A stretch of DNA of 64,000 bases from Azolla caroliniana (lineage: Eukaryota > Plantae > Polypodiophyta): contig JBHGNT010000001.1 in assembly GCA_043228905.1 (NCBI GenBank), forward strand, positions 18,848,001 to 18,912,000. The letters run 5' to 3'. Under the pieces are notes generated by a model. That model was not told where the DNA came from. It searched no databases and saw nothing but the letters and a program-made list of their open reading frames with translations. Below are positions 26,323 through 38,956 of the stretch, piece after piece. Both the position numbers and the translations under genes were made by a program. Each line of letters opens with the position of its first letter. Position 1 is the stretch's first letter.

Positions 26323-28628
26323 CTTCTTCTTCTGCCTGTTCGGTATCCTCACCGTAACCGGCCGGTTACTCGAGTGCTAACCGGTCTCTTGCCGATTGGG
26401 TCTACTCATCGTAGAATCGATCCTTACCGGTCGACTCGGAGTTCATTATCTTCTTCTCCAACTCCCAGTCGGCGAGCGTCTTGTCCTCCATGAAGATAAT
26501 ATCTCGACTCCGGAATACCTTCTTGTCGACCACATCCCACACTTGGTAGCTGAACTCATCGTCGCCGTAACTGAGGAATATGCAAAGCTGGGTCTTTGGA
26601 TACAACTTTCCTCTTCGGTCCTTAGCTACATGCACGTACGTGAGACACACGAATACCTTCAGATGCCGGTAAGACACTTCCTTACCGGTCCAGACTCTCT
26701 GTGGCGTGTCTCCGTCCAAGGGTACTGAGGGTGATCTGTTTATCACATATGTCGCCGTCGACAGTGCCTCAGCTCAAAACTTCTTGGGTAGTTTTGCATG
26801 CGCCAGCATACTCCGGACCCTCTCCATTATGGTCCGGTTCATCCTCTCGGCCAGCCCGTTTAGTTCTGGCGTCTTCAGCACGGTAAATTTGAGCCGGATT
26901 CCCTTCGAGCGACATTACTCCTCGAACTGCCCCCGGTATTCTCCTCCGTTACCTGCTCGAACCGCCTTCAGCTTCCGGCCGGTTTCTCTTTCCACTCTCG
27001 CGTGGAGCTCTTTGAAGACAGATAACACTTGATACGTCGTCTTCAACGGTGTGGCCCACAGCTTCCGGATGTGGTCATCTATGAACGTCACGAAGTACTG
27101 CGATCCTCCATGTGACTTCGTGTCCACTTGACACACATCCGTGTGCACCAACTCCAGTGGCGCATTACGTCTCATCGGTGGCCTCGATTGGAAGGAGGTT
27201 CGATTTTATTTACCGGCTAGACAATCAGTGCACGTTCTTCACTGGAATGAGGTTGTCGTCTGCAAGCCTCTTCATCCCCTTCTCACTCATGTGACACAGC
27301 CTCTGGTGCCACAGCTCATCGGCAATGTCAGATGCCATGTTCACTTCTTCCGGACATAACCTGGCATTCATCAGGTACAACCTGTTGACCTTCCGGGCCT
27401 GAGCCACAATCAGGCTCCCTTTGCATAACTTCATAACACCGTTCTGGATGCTACCCGTGTAGCCTTCATCATCTAGCCGACCGGCTGATATCAGGTTCAG
27501 ACGAACCTCTGAAACGTGTTGGACATCCTTCAACAGCAGCTTGCATCCGGTTGGTGTTGTTAGCCACACGTCTCCTATGCCGACAATTCGTCATGTACCT
27601 TCATTCCCCATCCGGACACAGCCGTGATCACCGGCTGAGTAGGATGAGAAGCATTTCCGGTTCGGGGTAAGGTGGAACGACGTTCCGGAGTCAACCACCT
27701 AGGTCGTCTCGTCGCCGGCAAGGTTTATCTCACTCTCCTCGGTGATGAGCATCAATTGTTCTTCACTTGCCACGATTGTCGTCGTTCCCTTCCGGTCCGT
27801 TCCCCTCTGGTCTTTACCGTTCCGATGCGTTGTCTGCTTCGAATTTGTACCGTCGGTTTCCTTGTCTTTTCGGAAATGGCGATAGTTCTTCTGGAAGTGT
27901 CCCGGCTTGCCGCAATAGAAGCAAGTAGGCCTCCCCCTTGACTTTGACCGTGTCCCCGACTTCTCCCGGTTCTGGGGACTACGGTTCCTTTGTCTTTCGG
28001 GTTCCGATTCGGTAAGGAGTGCTTTGGAGTCGGAGCTCGTATCCTTATCTTTTCGACGCGCCTCCTTATCTAGCAAGCTCGACTTTACTCTTGCTAGGGA
28101 TAACCGTTTCCCTTCCGGCCTAGCGTTGCCCAAAGTGACAACCAACGTCTCCCAGCTATTCGAGAGGGAACCGAGCAGGATTAGCGCTAGTACCTCGTCC
28201 GCGAGAGGTACTTCCAATGATGTTGCCTAGTGTATCCGCCCCTGGAAGGCCTTCATGTTCTCCGCCATGATGGAGCCATCTTGGTACCGGAGTCTTACTA
28301 GCTTCCGGAATACCGAAACCTGGTTAACAACATTTTTGTTCTGAAACATAATGCCGATCTTCTCCCAGAGCTCATGAGCCTTGCTCTCTTCATTGAAGTT
28401 GTTGTATAGGCTCATGTCGATGAAGCACCGTATGTACGCCGTTGTCTTCATGTGCATCACCTCCCATATCGTGGTGTTGATTTTGTCCGGTCTCTTGTCC
28501 CCGAATTGAACTGGCAACCAAAGATCTTTAACCACGAGCATGTCCCTCATCTTTGACTTCCACACTGAATAGTTGGAGCTGGTGAGCTTGAACATGCCGC
28601 CCAATGATTCATCCATCTTTTGTGTCAT
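26323..28628 (-). pseudogene. C1 gag-PR-integrase segment
   Basis: NYSVWKSKM, CFYCGKPGH, LVHTDVCQV, INRSPSVPL. Confidence 0.9.
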
Positions 28629-28646
28629 TTCGCTTTGATACCACTT

Positions 28647-29220
28647 TGACAAGAACTACACGCTCCGATGAACAACGCTCGGCCACAACCGAGTCTAAAA
28701 TCAAACACAGAAAACGGATAATGAACGCACGACACAAAGGAGAGAAGAGTACATAGGATGTTTAACGTGGAAAACCATGAGAGGGAAAAACCACGGGAGT
28801 TCACAGAATCCAAGCTATCACTATATCACAATGATTACAACAGTGAGCTCATGGAGGCAACGACCTCGTGCTCACGATCTTCGCCACAGGCGGCGGTTAT
28901 AACAAAGGCAACGACCTCTTCCTCTCTCTCTCTCTCTCTCGGTACACTATTACACGCTCACTGATCTAGCGCCAACAAGAATGACAACCACTCTCTAAGT
29001 TTGCCCTAAGTCATATTTATACTAATATGACTTTTCGTCTATTTACAAATATAGCCCTGATGGACTTTCAGAAAACATATTTACGAATATGTCCCTTCAT
29101 CCGGTGAGCACTCCTCACTGGGCCTGCATCATCCGGCGCTTGCCGAGTACTCCTCATCCGGTTCTCACCGGGTCTTCCGTAGTTGGGTACTCGTCATCTG
29201 GAGGGACTTGTTTCCTAACA
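28647..29220 (-). repeat. C1 5' LTR
   Basis: TGACAAG...CCTAACA, adjacent to the PBS. Confidence 0.9.
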
Positions 29221-29225
29221 ATATG

Positions 29226-29505
29226 TCCATGACTAGCGTTGTTCACCTTGAATTCCTTCAAGGTTAACTCAACTATTTATACTAAGTGGCATGCATACCT
29301 GTTGCACGCATGTGATACAATAGAGCATGTAGGCAGTAGGTACGCATACATGTGCCAAGTGTAAATAATACAAGGGAGAAATTATGCACATGATGCTGGC
29401 TAAAACCTACAATGAGAAAGTATATACATGATTATATGCTAGATGTGTGGTTAACACATAACACTCGATTATAACATGGTCATGTCAAGAGTTCGAATCT
29501 TGACA
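29226..29505 (-). repeat. Element T 3' LTR, part 2
   Basis: Matches ~38084-38362; ends TTGACA next to the PPT. Confidence 0.88.
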
Positions 29506-29509
29506 TTAT

Positions 29510-29643
29510 CCCCCTCCAACGATGCCTTCCCAAATCGTTTGTCGGCTTAAGGGGATATTGTTGATGAAAAGCTTAGATCACCTCCAAAGTATTTTGTAAA
29601 TCCTAGACAAGGAGACTTAACCCTTCCACAAGATGAGGTATTT
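29510..29643 (-). pseudogene. Chromodomain remnant of element T
   Basis: - strand gives KYLILWKG* ... DLQNTLEVI*AFHQQYPLKP, homologous to YLVDWLGY...EDFHRRYPEKP in the 1-804 ORF. Confidence 0.75.
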
Positions 29644-29644
29644 A

Positions 29645-30332
29645 ACACCAACGGGCATGAGCGACCATGTGTGGTCCTCGCCTAAAGCTGGAACACAAAG
29701 ATCAATGGGTGTGAGCGACCATGTGCGGTTCTCACGGGGAGCATGAACACCAATGGGCATGAGTAACCATGTGGGTTCCTTGTCGGGAACCGGAACGGTC
29801 CTCGCTGAGACTTGGAACACGAACACCAACGGGCGTGGGGCGTGAGCAACCATGTTGTCCTCATCGAGAAATGGAACACGAACGCGTGAGCGACCATGTG
29901 GCCCTCATCGGGAACAAGAACACGAACGGGAGTAATCGACCATATGTGGTCCTCACCGGGAACTGGAACATGAACAACAACGAGCATGAGCGACCATGTC
30001 GGTCCTCACCGGGATTTGGAACACAAACAATAGTTGGAGTGAGCGGCCATGTGCGGTCCTCACCGGAGACAGGAACACGAACGGGAGTGAGCGGCCAACT
30101 GCGGCCCTCACCGGGAATAGGAACACGAACGGGCGTGAGTGACCATGCGGCCGTCACTGGGAACTCGAACATGAACGTGCGTGAGCGACCATGCGGCCCT
30201 CACTGGGAACTTGAACACGAATGGGCGTCAGCGACCATGCGGCCCTCACCGGGAACTCGAACATGAATGGGTGTGAGCGACCATGCGGCCCTCACCAGGA
30301 ACTGGAACACGAACACCAATGGGAGTGAGCGG
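29645..30332. repeat. Tandem array of 48-54-bp units forming the interior of T (continues at 37664-37815)
   Basis: Unit ggaactggaacacgaac(accaac)gggagtgagcg(a/g)cc(a/t)tgtgcgg(c/t)cctca(c/t)cg. Confidence 0.9.
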
Positions 30333-31205
30333 TGTCGAGATATTACGCGAGTGCGTATGGAAAACGAGGCGGGACCGCGGGGGTCTCGAACCAAAGAGCA
30401 AGCGAGGGAGGAGAAAGGGAGAGAACCGGCTACGCAGGACCGGGAATACACAGGGACACGGCCCTTCAGCACGGAGAACGCGAACAGACACCGACACAGA
30501 CAGATGCTAATGACTAAGTATGTATATTAACAAAAATGGCTAACACGACTACAACCCTCGATGGGGCACAGGTTGGCTACAACTGAACAAGCCGGCGAAC
30601 AGATGCCGATGCTTGTTCGCTTCGACGCACAAAGGGGGGGGGGGGGTAGCAGGTCGGAGGTGCTGCCGGAAGCACTCGGGCATTCCTCGAAACAGCGCGA
30701 GCCTCCTCGGTACCCTGCACAGAAAGCTATGGAGCTCAAGAAGGAAGGAAACAGAGAGAGAAGCGTCCAGAAACGGTCCGGCAGCACTTCGTCCTCTCTT
30801 CGCCCGATGCCTGCAACAGCTCTTTCCTGCTCCTTATATATGCCGTCGAGCAGGCCCTCCAGTCAGCTTTATTCCCTGTCCCTTTTGGACAGGGATCCGC
30901 TCCGTCCTTCACGCATCCGCGTAGTTACGCCGCCGACTCGTACAGTTCCTTCGCTCGCGCGCGCGACCGAAAAGACTGTTCGCGCGGTCTTTGTCTCCAC
31001 TTGTGTTAGGGCCCGTTCCCGCCGATTATCCTCCTAATTCGCTTCTATGTACAACTCGGAGCGTGCGCGCGTGAAGAACCGGTTCCCACGCCTTGGTGCG
31101 CCGATTCCGCCTATGGACGGTTTTCTTCACGACATCCGCCCCCACCTAACCGCGCATCCTCCGGTATGCGCCAAGAGAGTTGGGACGGAGAAAACCGGCC
31201 CGTCT

Positions 31206-34200
31206 TCATTCCTCGCCCGTCGGTTCTTCCTCGTTTTCGGATCGTTCGTCACTGCTGACTAGGAGAGCCGGGTCTGGCTCGTCGTCGTGTCGCTTCTTGA
31301 ACACTTTGATCCGCTTCCCTGCAACCGGTATCGCCATTCTCGTGCCGTCTAGTTCCGCCAGGTGATAAGTCCCGTTGTCATTGGCGCTCCGCACCACGTA
31401 AGGCCCGAACCACCTTCGCGCGAACTTCCGTGTAGCTCGGTGCTGGTTGTCGAGGCTGCTGTCGTAGACGAGCACCCAGTCACCTTCGTCGATTTTCTTC
31501 GGTCGGAGCCGGTGCGTTCGGTCGAACCTGGCTTTGTTCTTTGTCCTCGCCACCCGGAGCTTCTCCGCAGCCAGTGCCACGTCCTCCGGTCTCCGCTCGA
31601 GCTGTCGTATACGTGCGGCCAACAACTCCTCCCGGCTCATCTCGTCTCTCCAGTCGACCGTTGCCCACGAGGAGATCGTCCGTTCTATCGGCATGATCGG
31701 CTTCTGGCCGAACATGAGCTCCGTCGGCATGTACCCGGTTACCGAACTGTGCGTGGTCCGGTTTGCCCACAAGGCATAAGGTAGCAGCCGCGGCCAGTTA
31801 CCGACTTGGCCTCCGCATGCTCGAACCAGCGCCTTGACGATCGGTCCGTGTCCGCGCTCCACCTTTCCATTCGCCTCCGGATTGTACGCAGTGGTGAGCG
31901 AGAGCTTGACTCCCAGCCGGTCGAACAGCTCCGCGGCTTCTTCGGCGTCCAACTCCCCTCGGTCAGCCACGATCTTCCCGACGCACCCGTACCGGCATAT
32001 CACGTCCTCGATTAGGAACCGACATACGGCCGCGGTCGTTTTGTTCGGAAGGGCCCGGCCTTCCACCTGGTTCGTCAGATCCTCCCGCGCTAGGACCAGG
32101 TACCGCATCTGTCCTACCCCCATTGGCATCGTCACCAGATCTACCATCCATTTGAAGTGGATGGTCGGAGGGTACGTAGGGTGAAGCTCGTCCCGGTGTC
32201 GGACCACGGAGTGCATCTGACAGCTCTCGCAAGTTGTCACTAATCGGTGCACGTCCCGGTACAGTCCCGGCCACTAGTACTTCTCCTTTATCTTCTCGAA
32301 CGTGGCCCAAGTTCCACGGTGTCCGGCCCAAGGGCTGTCGTGGTAGGCCGTCAGCAGCTCCTCCTGTTCTTCCTTCATCGCCACCACCCGGAGCGGAGCG
32401 CCGTCCCTCTTCTTCGGGTGCTTCCATAGATAGCCATCCCGGAGAAAGAACCGGTACGCTTTCTTCCGGATCCGGTTGGCCTCGTCTTTCGTCCATGACG
32501 CATCCGGCGCCATTGTCTTCAAGAACCCGCCGATCTGCAGCCACTCCCCGTCGTACTTGCTCGCGTCGAAGTCGTTAAGCGCCGGAGTGCTCGTCCCGTC
32601 GGTTGTCACGTATGCTGCCTCGAAGAAGTCCACGCCGACCTCTTCGTCCTCCGAAACCATGCCGCCCTCGTCATCGAACCTCGCCCTCGAAAGCATGTCG
32701 GCCATGGCGTTGTCTTTCCCGGAAATGTGTTGTATTTCCGGGTCCAGGGACTTGATGTACGCTATCCACCTGAGCATTGCCAGGTCCGGCGTCGCGCATC
32801 CGGAAACCATGCCGAGAATCGGCATGCAGTCCGTCTCTATGATTACCTCTGTCCCGATCAGATAGTCCTTGTCGGCCTTCACCGCCGAAACAATACCCCA
32901 GAGTTCGCGTTTAACCTGGGCGTATCCTCGCTGCCGCTCACTGAGGACCTTCGCGCCGAATCGGATCGGAAACCGATTGCCGTCCTCGTCTTCTTGGTTG
33001 ACGACCCACCCGATTCCGGTCGGACTCGTGTCAACCGTTATGTACACTGGGGTGCCCTTCCTGTAGACGGCCTTTCGGAGCGCCGGTGCTGTCGAAAGAG
33101 CCTCCTTCAGCTTCCGGACCGACTCCGTGTGCTTGTCTAGCCATTCGAATCTTCGCCCTTTCTTCAATAATCCGTACAGCGGCTCCGCGACGTGCGCGTA
33201 ATGAGGGATCCATATGTGGTAGAAGGCGCATGCTCCCAAGAATCTTCGTACTTCCGTGACCGAGCTGCAATCAGGCTTCATCGCGGAGATGGCTTCTACC
33301 TTTGCCGGAGACGGTTTCCGGCCATATGGTCCACATAAATGTCCGACCACCATGATTTCCGACTGCCCGAAGGCTGATTTCTCCCCCGAGAAGGTGAGCC
33401 TCGCAGCCTCTAGCCTTTGCAGCACCTTCTCGCAATCGTCGATGTGCATCGCCACGAATCGCCGGCATCCGTCCGGCCCGATCGTCTCGTCCCTATCCGC
33501 TACCGGGCATCCCTTGATCGGGATGTCGTCCAGAAACGGCATGGTGATGTCCGGGATGCAGTCCCTCAGAACCTTGTTCATCGCATTCACCATGTGGGCC
33601 ACCGAGTTGGTCCCTCCTTGCGGCAGCGTACACATCCGCACTAGGCCGAGGGGAGTTCGCATCGTCGTAATGTCTCTGCTCTCCACGGCTAGCTGGAACT
33701 GGTCGTACCCTGAGTATAGATCACCGACCGAGTAAATCGACCTTCCGGCGAAGGCCTCCGCGAACTCGTCTATGGTCGGTCCAATCCCTGCGTTCCGAAT
33801 GGTCACCTTATTGACCGGTTGCAGGTCCTGAATGAAGCGCAATGATCCGTTTTTCTTTGGTACGGTAAACCATCGATTTGAATACGGGGCGCTCGACGGT
33901 TCGAGAATGCCCATATCAACCTTCTGCTTCAACAGCTCCATCAACTTCGGGATGTGAGCTCTCGGAACTGGAATTGGCTTGAGATTCCACGGTACATGCG
34001 GTACCGTGAATATCACCATCGGCTCCACGATCGTCGGGTTTACGCACCCGATTTCCTCCGGTGAGAATGCGAAGGCTTTCCCGTGCCTTCCGAGCATTCT
34101 CCGAAACCGGTGTTCCTCCGCCGGTAGTAGGAACCCGTCCCCACCGATTTTGAGCTCCCGGAGCGTCTCGTTGGTGAAGGTGTGTCCTATACAGGCCGGA

Positions 34201-34688
34201 TCTCGTAAGCTGGGGTCCGATGCAACCCCTTTGATTCGCGACTCGCTGCCCTCCGGTAACGGTACCGCGACTGGCCTTACCTTCCGGTCCACAGTCTTGT
34301 ACTTGGTGCTTACTCGGGCCGTCCGATCCGACTCGAGCCCCCGACCAAAGTCCGCGATGACTTCGTACATTTCTTCGGAATATACCGGTATCGTCCGGTC
34401 TTCGTTAAGGTCTTCTTCGACTACCTTCCCCAGCATTCCCAAGGTGTCGTCGAAGGAGACCGCCTCCACGGCGCCACTGATTTCTTCGTCAGGGCCGAGA
34501 ACTCCGCACGCTCGGAGTCTCCCCTCCGTCTTTGTTTTCTCTCGGCCGGCGATGCCGACCATCGTACATGCTCCGCTGTCGGAGAAGCAAAATTTCCTAC
34601 CTATTGTACACGGTTTTATCGTACAGATGTGGGGTTTTCCCGGAGCATCCGGACTGTCGCGGCCCCACGCCTTGGCAGTCCTCTCTAA
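31206..34688 (-). pseudogene. A2 pol (RT-RH-INT), one premature stop at 32274-32276
   Basis: 762-aa and 348-aa ORFs in the same frame; TAG replaces the TGG seen in A1 (KYWW). Confidence 0.92.
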
Positions 34689-36807
34689 AAATCCTCTCGG
34701 TTTTCGGAACCGAGGGAGTCGCGGTTACGTTCGTGGTTCGGCCGTACCGTCAGAAACTGGACCGAATGGCGCCCGTCTTGGCTTTTGACCCTCGCGTAGG
34801 CCGAACCATTGTCCAGCACCTTGGTCTCCATTCGCGCCGCCGTGATGTACGGCTCTCCCAGTATGACCGGATGCGAAGACGTCTCCTGCACGAAGAAGTG
34901 CTGGTCAATCTCGACGTCGCCGATCTTGACTCGCACATTCGGACAGGCCCCGTGCAGTTCCTCGGTGGCGCGCGTTGCTGCCCTTATTTTCCACCCGTGC
35001 TTGGTGTTGATCGGCCACTTGCCCTTCTTATAGAAGTCCATGGACATCAAATTGATCTCCGATCCGTGGTCCACCAAAGCTATCACCGGTTCCTGGACAT
35101 CGCCGATCTTCACCGGGGTTTCCGTGGTCGCTCGGGCCCAGTGTGGTCTCGAATAGTGGCTTTCCGCCCACTCGTCTCCCAGCGCCATGTCGTCTAGGTG
35201 CGTCGTCCGCACTTCCACCGGTCTTTCCGGTTCTGTCTCCGTTGACAGCCTCTTCCGTTTCACCAAGTCCACGATGGAGTCGTGGAACTCCTTCTTGGCG
35301 ATTCCCAGCACCTCTCGTAACGACAGCTCCACCTTGCTGTCGAGGATCCGTTCCTCCAGGACCTTTCGTAAGTCCGTGGTCCTTTCTATCTCCGTCCCCA
35401 GACGGTACCCGCCCTTCTGGGGTTTATCTTGCGTACCGGCCCCGCCGGCTTCGTCCCGTCGTGGCCCGGACCGGGTCTCGTATCGTTGTGAGGGCCCGGT
35501 CGTCCCGGGTTTCCCCACCCGCTTCTCTTCTACCAGAGCCTCGTAGTTCTGGCAAGCGGCTTCCACGAAGCCCGTCTCTTCCTCGACCGGGTCGCTCCAC
35601 CCGGTCATCTCCCGTACCCGTTTCTCCGCACGGTCTGATTCCTCCCTTTTAAGCCTTGCACCGGCAAGGCCTTCCAGCATCGTCGGCCAGAATCCGGCTT
35701 TGCTTTCCCTTCGGGCCTCGCCCCGACTCGAATGCCGGCCGACGCCGAGTAGTGGACGGTTTCCGCGTGTCGGGCCGCCGCCTCTTCCATCAACCTTTTC
35801 ATACCACCTCGCCCGTCGTTTCGGCTCAGGACCCTTCGGGTGTCGCTGGCATGCACCCGTCCTTCCCACAGGTACACCACCCTGTTCCTCAGCGCCTCCG
35901 CGAAGTCGCCGCAGTCCTTCCGAATGTGGCCGACTTCATCGCACCACATGCACCTGTTTCCTGCCGCCGGCCGTCGGTCACGAGCCGGTTCGCCACCTTC
36001 CCTTCGGGCTTGCGCGATTTGGAGGTCCTTTATCGCCCTCGTCAATTCCTCCAGCGCCGCTCCTCCGGTTGAGCCTCTGACTACGCCGGTCGAAGCCGAA
36101 CCGGTTTCCAACCATTCCCGGGTCTCTTCCTTTCGCACCTGTGGCGCTGGTTCGAGCTTTTTTGCTGCGACCGAGCCCGACCCGGTTGCCCCGTTATCCG
36201 CCCATTCTCGCCGTTTGTCGAAACGGCCACAGACTTTCTTGACAGCCGCCCAGTCGGTAGTGAGCCCGTCTTCGGTTTCCAGCAAGAGGCCCACTTGCTC
36301 CCGATCCCGCTCGTCGACCGACTTGACAAACAGCAAGACCCGGCTCGTGTCCAGGATGGTTCGGTCGAGCGCCGAAAGGCGCGCAAAGTTTTCCTCGAAC
36401 TCCCGGAGGAGTGCCGACGCGTTTCTTCCCTTCCCCGGGGACTCCACCCATTCCATGAACCTTCGCTTCGAAAGCCGGAGCGCGTCGTCCAACCCGTATT
36501 TCTCTAGGAGCCGACCTTCGAACTCCTCCCAGGTACGGCTCTCCGCCCGCACCTCGAGCACCTCCGCATGGATGCTCGGCATCGCCACTCGGGGAAATCC
36601 GGCAAGACGCCTTTCTTCCGGAATGTCCCGCATCAGCATCTCTGCACCGTAGGACGCCAAATACTTTGTGGCATCCTTCCCATCGAACCGGCCGATCGTG
36701 CCGACGACCGCCTCAATGGCTCTGTCGAGGGCACCGGTGCCCTCGCGCGCGTTTACAATCCGGTCCACGGCCGAAGCCATGGCCTCTGCAAGATCCGACC
36801 CCCTCAT
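34685..36807 (-). pseudogene. A2 gag-protease, one frameshift near 35720
   Basis: Overlapping 409-aa and 394-aa ORFs; CCHC knuckle and LVDHGSEIN. Confidence 0.9.
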
Positions 36808-37937
36808 CTTCTGCTCTTCTGCCGCCTCTTTCACGTCGGGTTCACCAAAGATGTCGAGATATTACGAGAGTGCGTATGGAAAACGAGGCGGGACCGCGGG
36901 GGTCTCGAACCAAAGAGCAAGCGAGGGAGGAGAAAGGGAGAGAACCGGCTACGCAGGACCGGGAATACACAGGGACACGGCCCTTCAGCACGGAGAACGC
37001 GAACAGACACCGACACAGACAGATGCTAATGACTAAGTATGTATATTAACAAAAATGGCTAACACGACTACAACCCTCGATGGGGCACAGGTTGGCTACA
37101 ACTGAACAAGCCGGCGAACAGATGCCGATGCTTGTTCGCTTCGACGCACAAAGGGGGGGGGGGGGGGGGGGTAGCAGGTCGGAGGTGCTGCCGGAAGCAC
37201 TCGGGCGTTCCTCGAAACAGCGCGAGCCTCCTCGGTACCCTGCACAGAAAGCTATGGAGCTCAAGAAGGAAGGAAACAGAGAGAGAAGCGTCCAGAAACG
37301 ATCCGGCAGCACTTCGTCCTCTCTTCGCCCGATGCCTGCAACAGCTCTTTCCTGCTCCTTATATATGTCGTCGAGCAGGCCCTCCAGTCAGCTTTATTCC
37401 CTGTCCCTTTTGGACAGGGATCCGCTCCGTCCTTCACGCATCCGCGTAGTTACGCCGCCGACTCGTACAGTTCCTTCGCTCGCGCGCGCGACCGAAAAGA
37501 CTGTTCGCGCGGTCTTTGTCTCCACTTGTGTTAGGGCCCGTTCCCGCCGATTATCCTCCTAATTCGCTTCTATGTACAACTCGGAGCGTGCGCGCGTGAA
37601 GAACCGGTTCCCACGCCTTGGTGCGCCGATTCCGCCTATGGACGGTTTTCTTCACGACAGCGGCCTTGTGCGGACCTCATCGGGAACTGGAACACGAACA
37701 CCAACGGGAGTGAGTGGCCTTGTGCGGCCCTCATCGGGAACTGGAACACGAACACCAACGGGAGTGAGCGGCCTTGTGCGACCCTCATCGGGAACTAGAA
37801 CATGAACACGAACAGGAAAGAAACTAAAAAATAGAGACAATGAAGTGATGTTGATGATGGTACGGTGGCGATGGTAACTCTAGAAGCAAGGGCGATGACG
37901 GAGACGGGTGATGCTTCAAGTTGGAAGGTGAACAAAC

Positions 37938-38362
37938 TGTCACAGACACACCAAGTGCGGACTAAGACGGAGCACGGATGATGAGGCTACGATGGAGTGA
38001 TGACGGAATGACACAAGAGCCTAAAGATAGAGATGGACATTAAGGAGAGAAGATGGGCGAAATGAGAATACTAGATTGATATGTCCATGACTAGCGTTGT
38101 TCACCTTGAATTCCTTCAAGGAGAACTCAACTATTTATACTAAGTGGCATGCATACCTGTTGCACGCATGTGATACAATAGAGCATGTAGGCAATAGGTA
38201 CGCATGCATGTGCCAAGTGTAAATAATACAAGGGAGTAATTATGCACATGATGCTGGCTAAAACCTACAATGAGGAAGTATATACATGATTATATGCTAG
38301 ATGTGTGGTTAATACATAACACTCGATTATAACATGGTCATGTGAAGAGTTCGAATGTCAAA
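37938..38362 (-). repeat. Element T 5' LTR (425 bp)
   Basis: Uninterrupted copy of the split LTR. TATAAATA on the - strand at ~38132-38139. Confidence 0.88.
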
Positions 38363-38367
38363 ACAAC

Positions 38368-38610
38368 CTCCATAATCAGAGGGCCAAATTTTCCTACCTA
38401 TGGTAAAAGTGTGGGGTTTCCTCCAGTCATCTGAACTATTGCGGCCCCATGCCTTGATAGCCCTTTCTAAAAATCCTCTCGGCCTTCGCCACTGAGAGAG
38501 TTCTGATTCTGCTCGTGGTTCAGTCAGACCGTCAAGAATTGGACCAAGTGTCGGTCATCTTGACTCTTCACCCTAGCGTAGGCTGAGCCATTGTCTGTCA
38601 CCTTTGTTTT
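38368..38610 (-). pseudogene. Relic A0 continued: end of protease and the gag/pol frameshift region
   Basis: Homologous to A2 34570-34825, including GGATTTTTAG on the - strand. Confidence 0.82.
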
Positions 38611-38956
38611 TGTTAAAGTAAACGTGCGGAAGCGTTCGATAAACCAGCTCAGCCAGATAGCAACAAAAGATGAGAAGAAAACTTAACATACACACAAAGT
38701 ACGAGTACGCAGGAGAGACTGAGAGAGAGAGAGAGAGATAGAACATAAAAGTAGATTAAAAAAATAATAGTTCTTTGTGTACATACAATGTGCTTACACA
38801 AGCCCATTTATACAAGTCCTTAGAAGGACTGACAGAAGTACATTGTACTTCAATGCTCCTACAAGCTACTGACACTAACTATGAGACAACAACTACCTAG
38901 TAGTCTAGGCTACTACTAGGCTTCCGGTTCGCAATCGAATCCGGCTCTCCGATCCA
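38611..38956 (-). repeat. Copia C6 3' LTR with PPT (38957-38968); body missing or displaced
   Basis: TGTTAAAG...GATCCA followed by tctccccctcaagctcaa as in C4. Resembles the C5 LTR in reverse orientation. Confidence 0.75.

Larger units (their letters stand above)
2003..29220 (-). mobile_element. Copia C1 (Tnt1/Tork-like), inserted in the LTR of T; hosts C2, C3 and C4
   Basis: TSD ATATG (1998-2002 / 29221-29225). LTRs 2003-2605 and 28647-29220. iMet PBS-like TGGTATCAAAGC on the - strand at ~28632-28643. PPT at 2606-2616. Confidence 0.92.
30333..37659 (-). mobile_element. Gypsy A2 (tRNA-Trp-primed family), full length, nearly intact
   Basis: LTRs 30333-31134 and 36852-37659, differing mainly in poly-G length. 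4-bp TSD GCGG. PBS at 36831-36847. PPT at 31135-31150. Confidence 0.95.
1857..38362 (-). mobile_element. Element T: non-autonomous chromovirus-derived LTR element (~1.95 kb once nested C1 and A2 are removed)
   Basis: TSD ACAAC (1852-1856 / 38363-38367). LTRs of ~425 bp. PPT at 29506-29520. A0 sequence is contiguous across the insertion. Confidence 0.85.

Noticed and set aside
29645-30332. Repeat array superficially like CRISPR
   Set aside because: Whole units repeat with gradual divergence. There are no unique spacers or cas genes, and the context is a eukaryotic retroelement.
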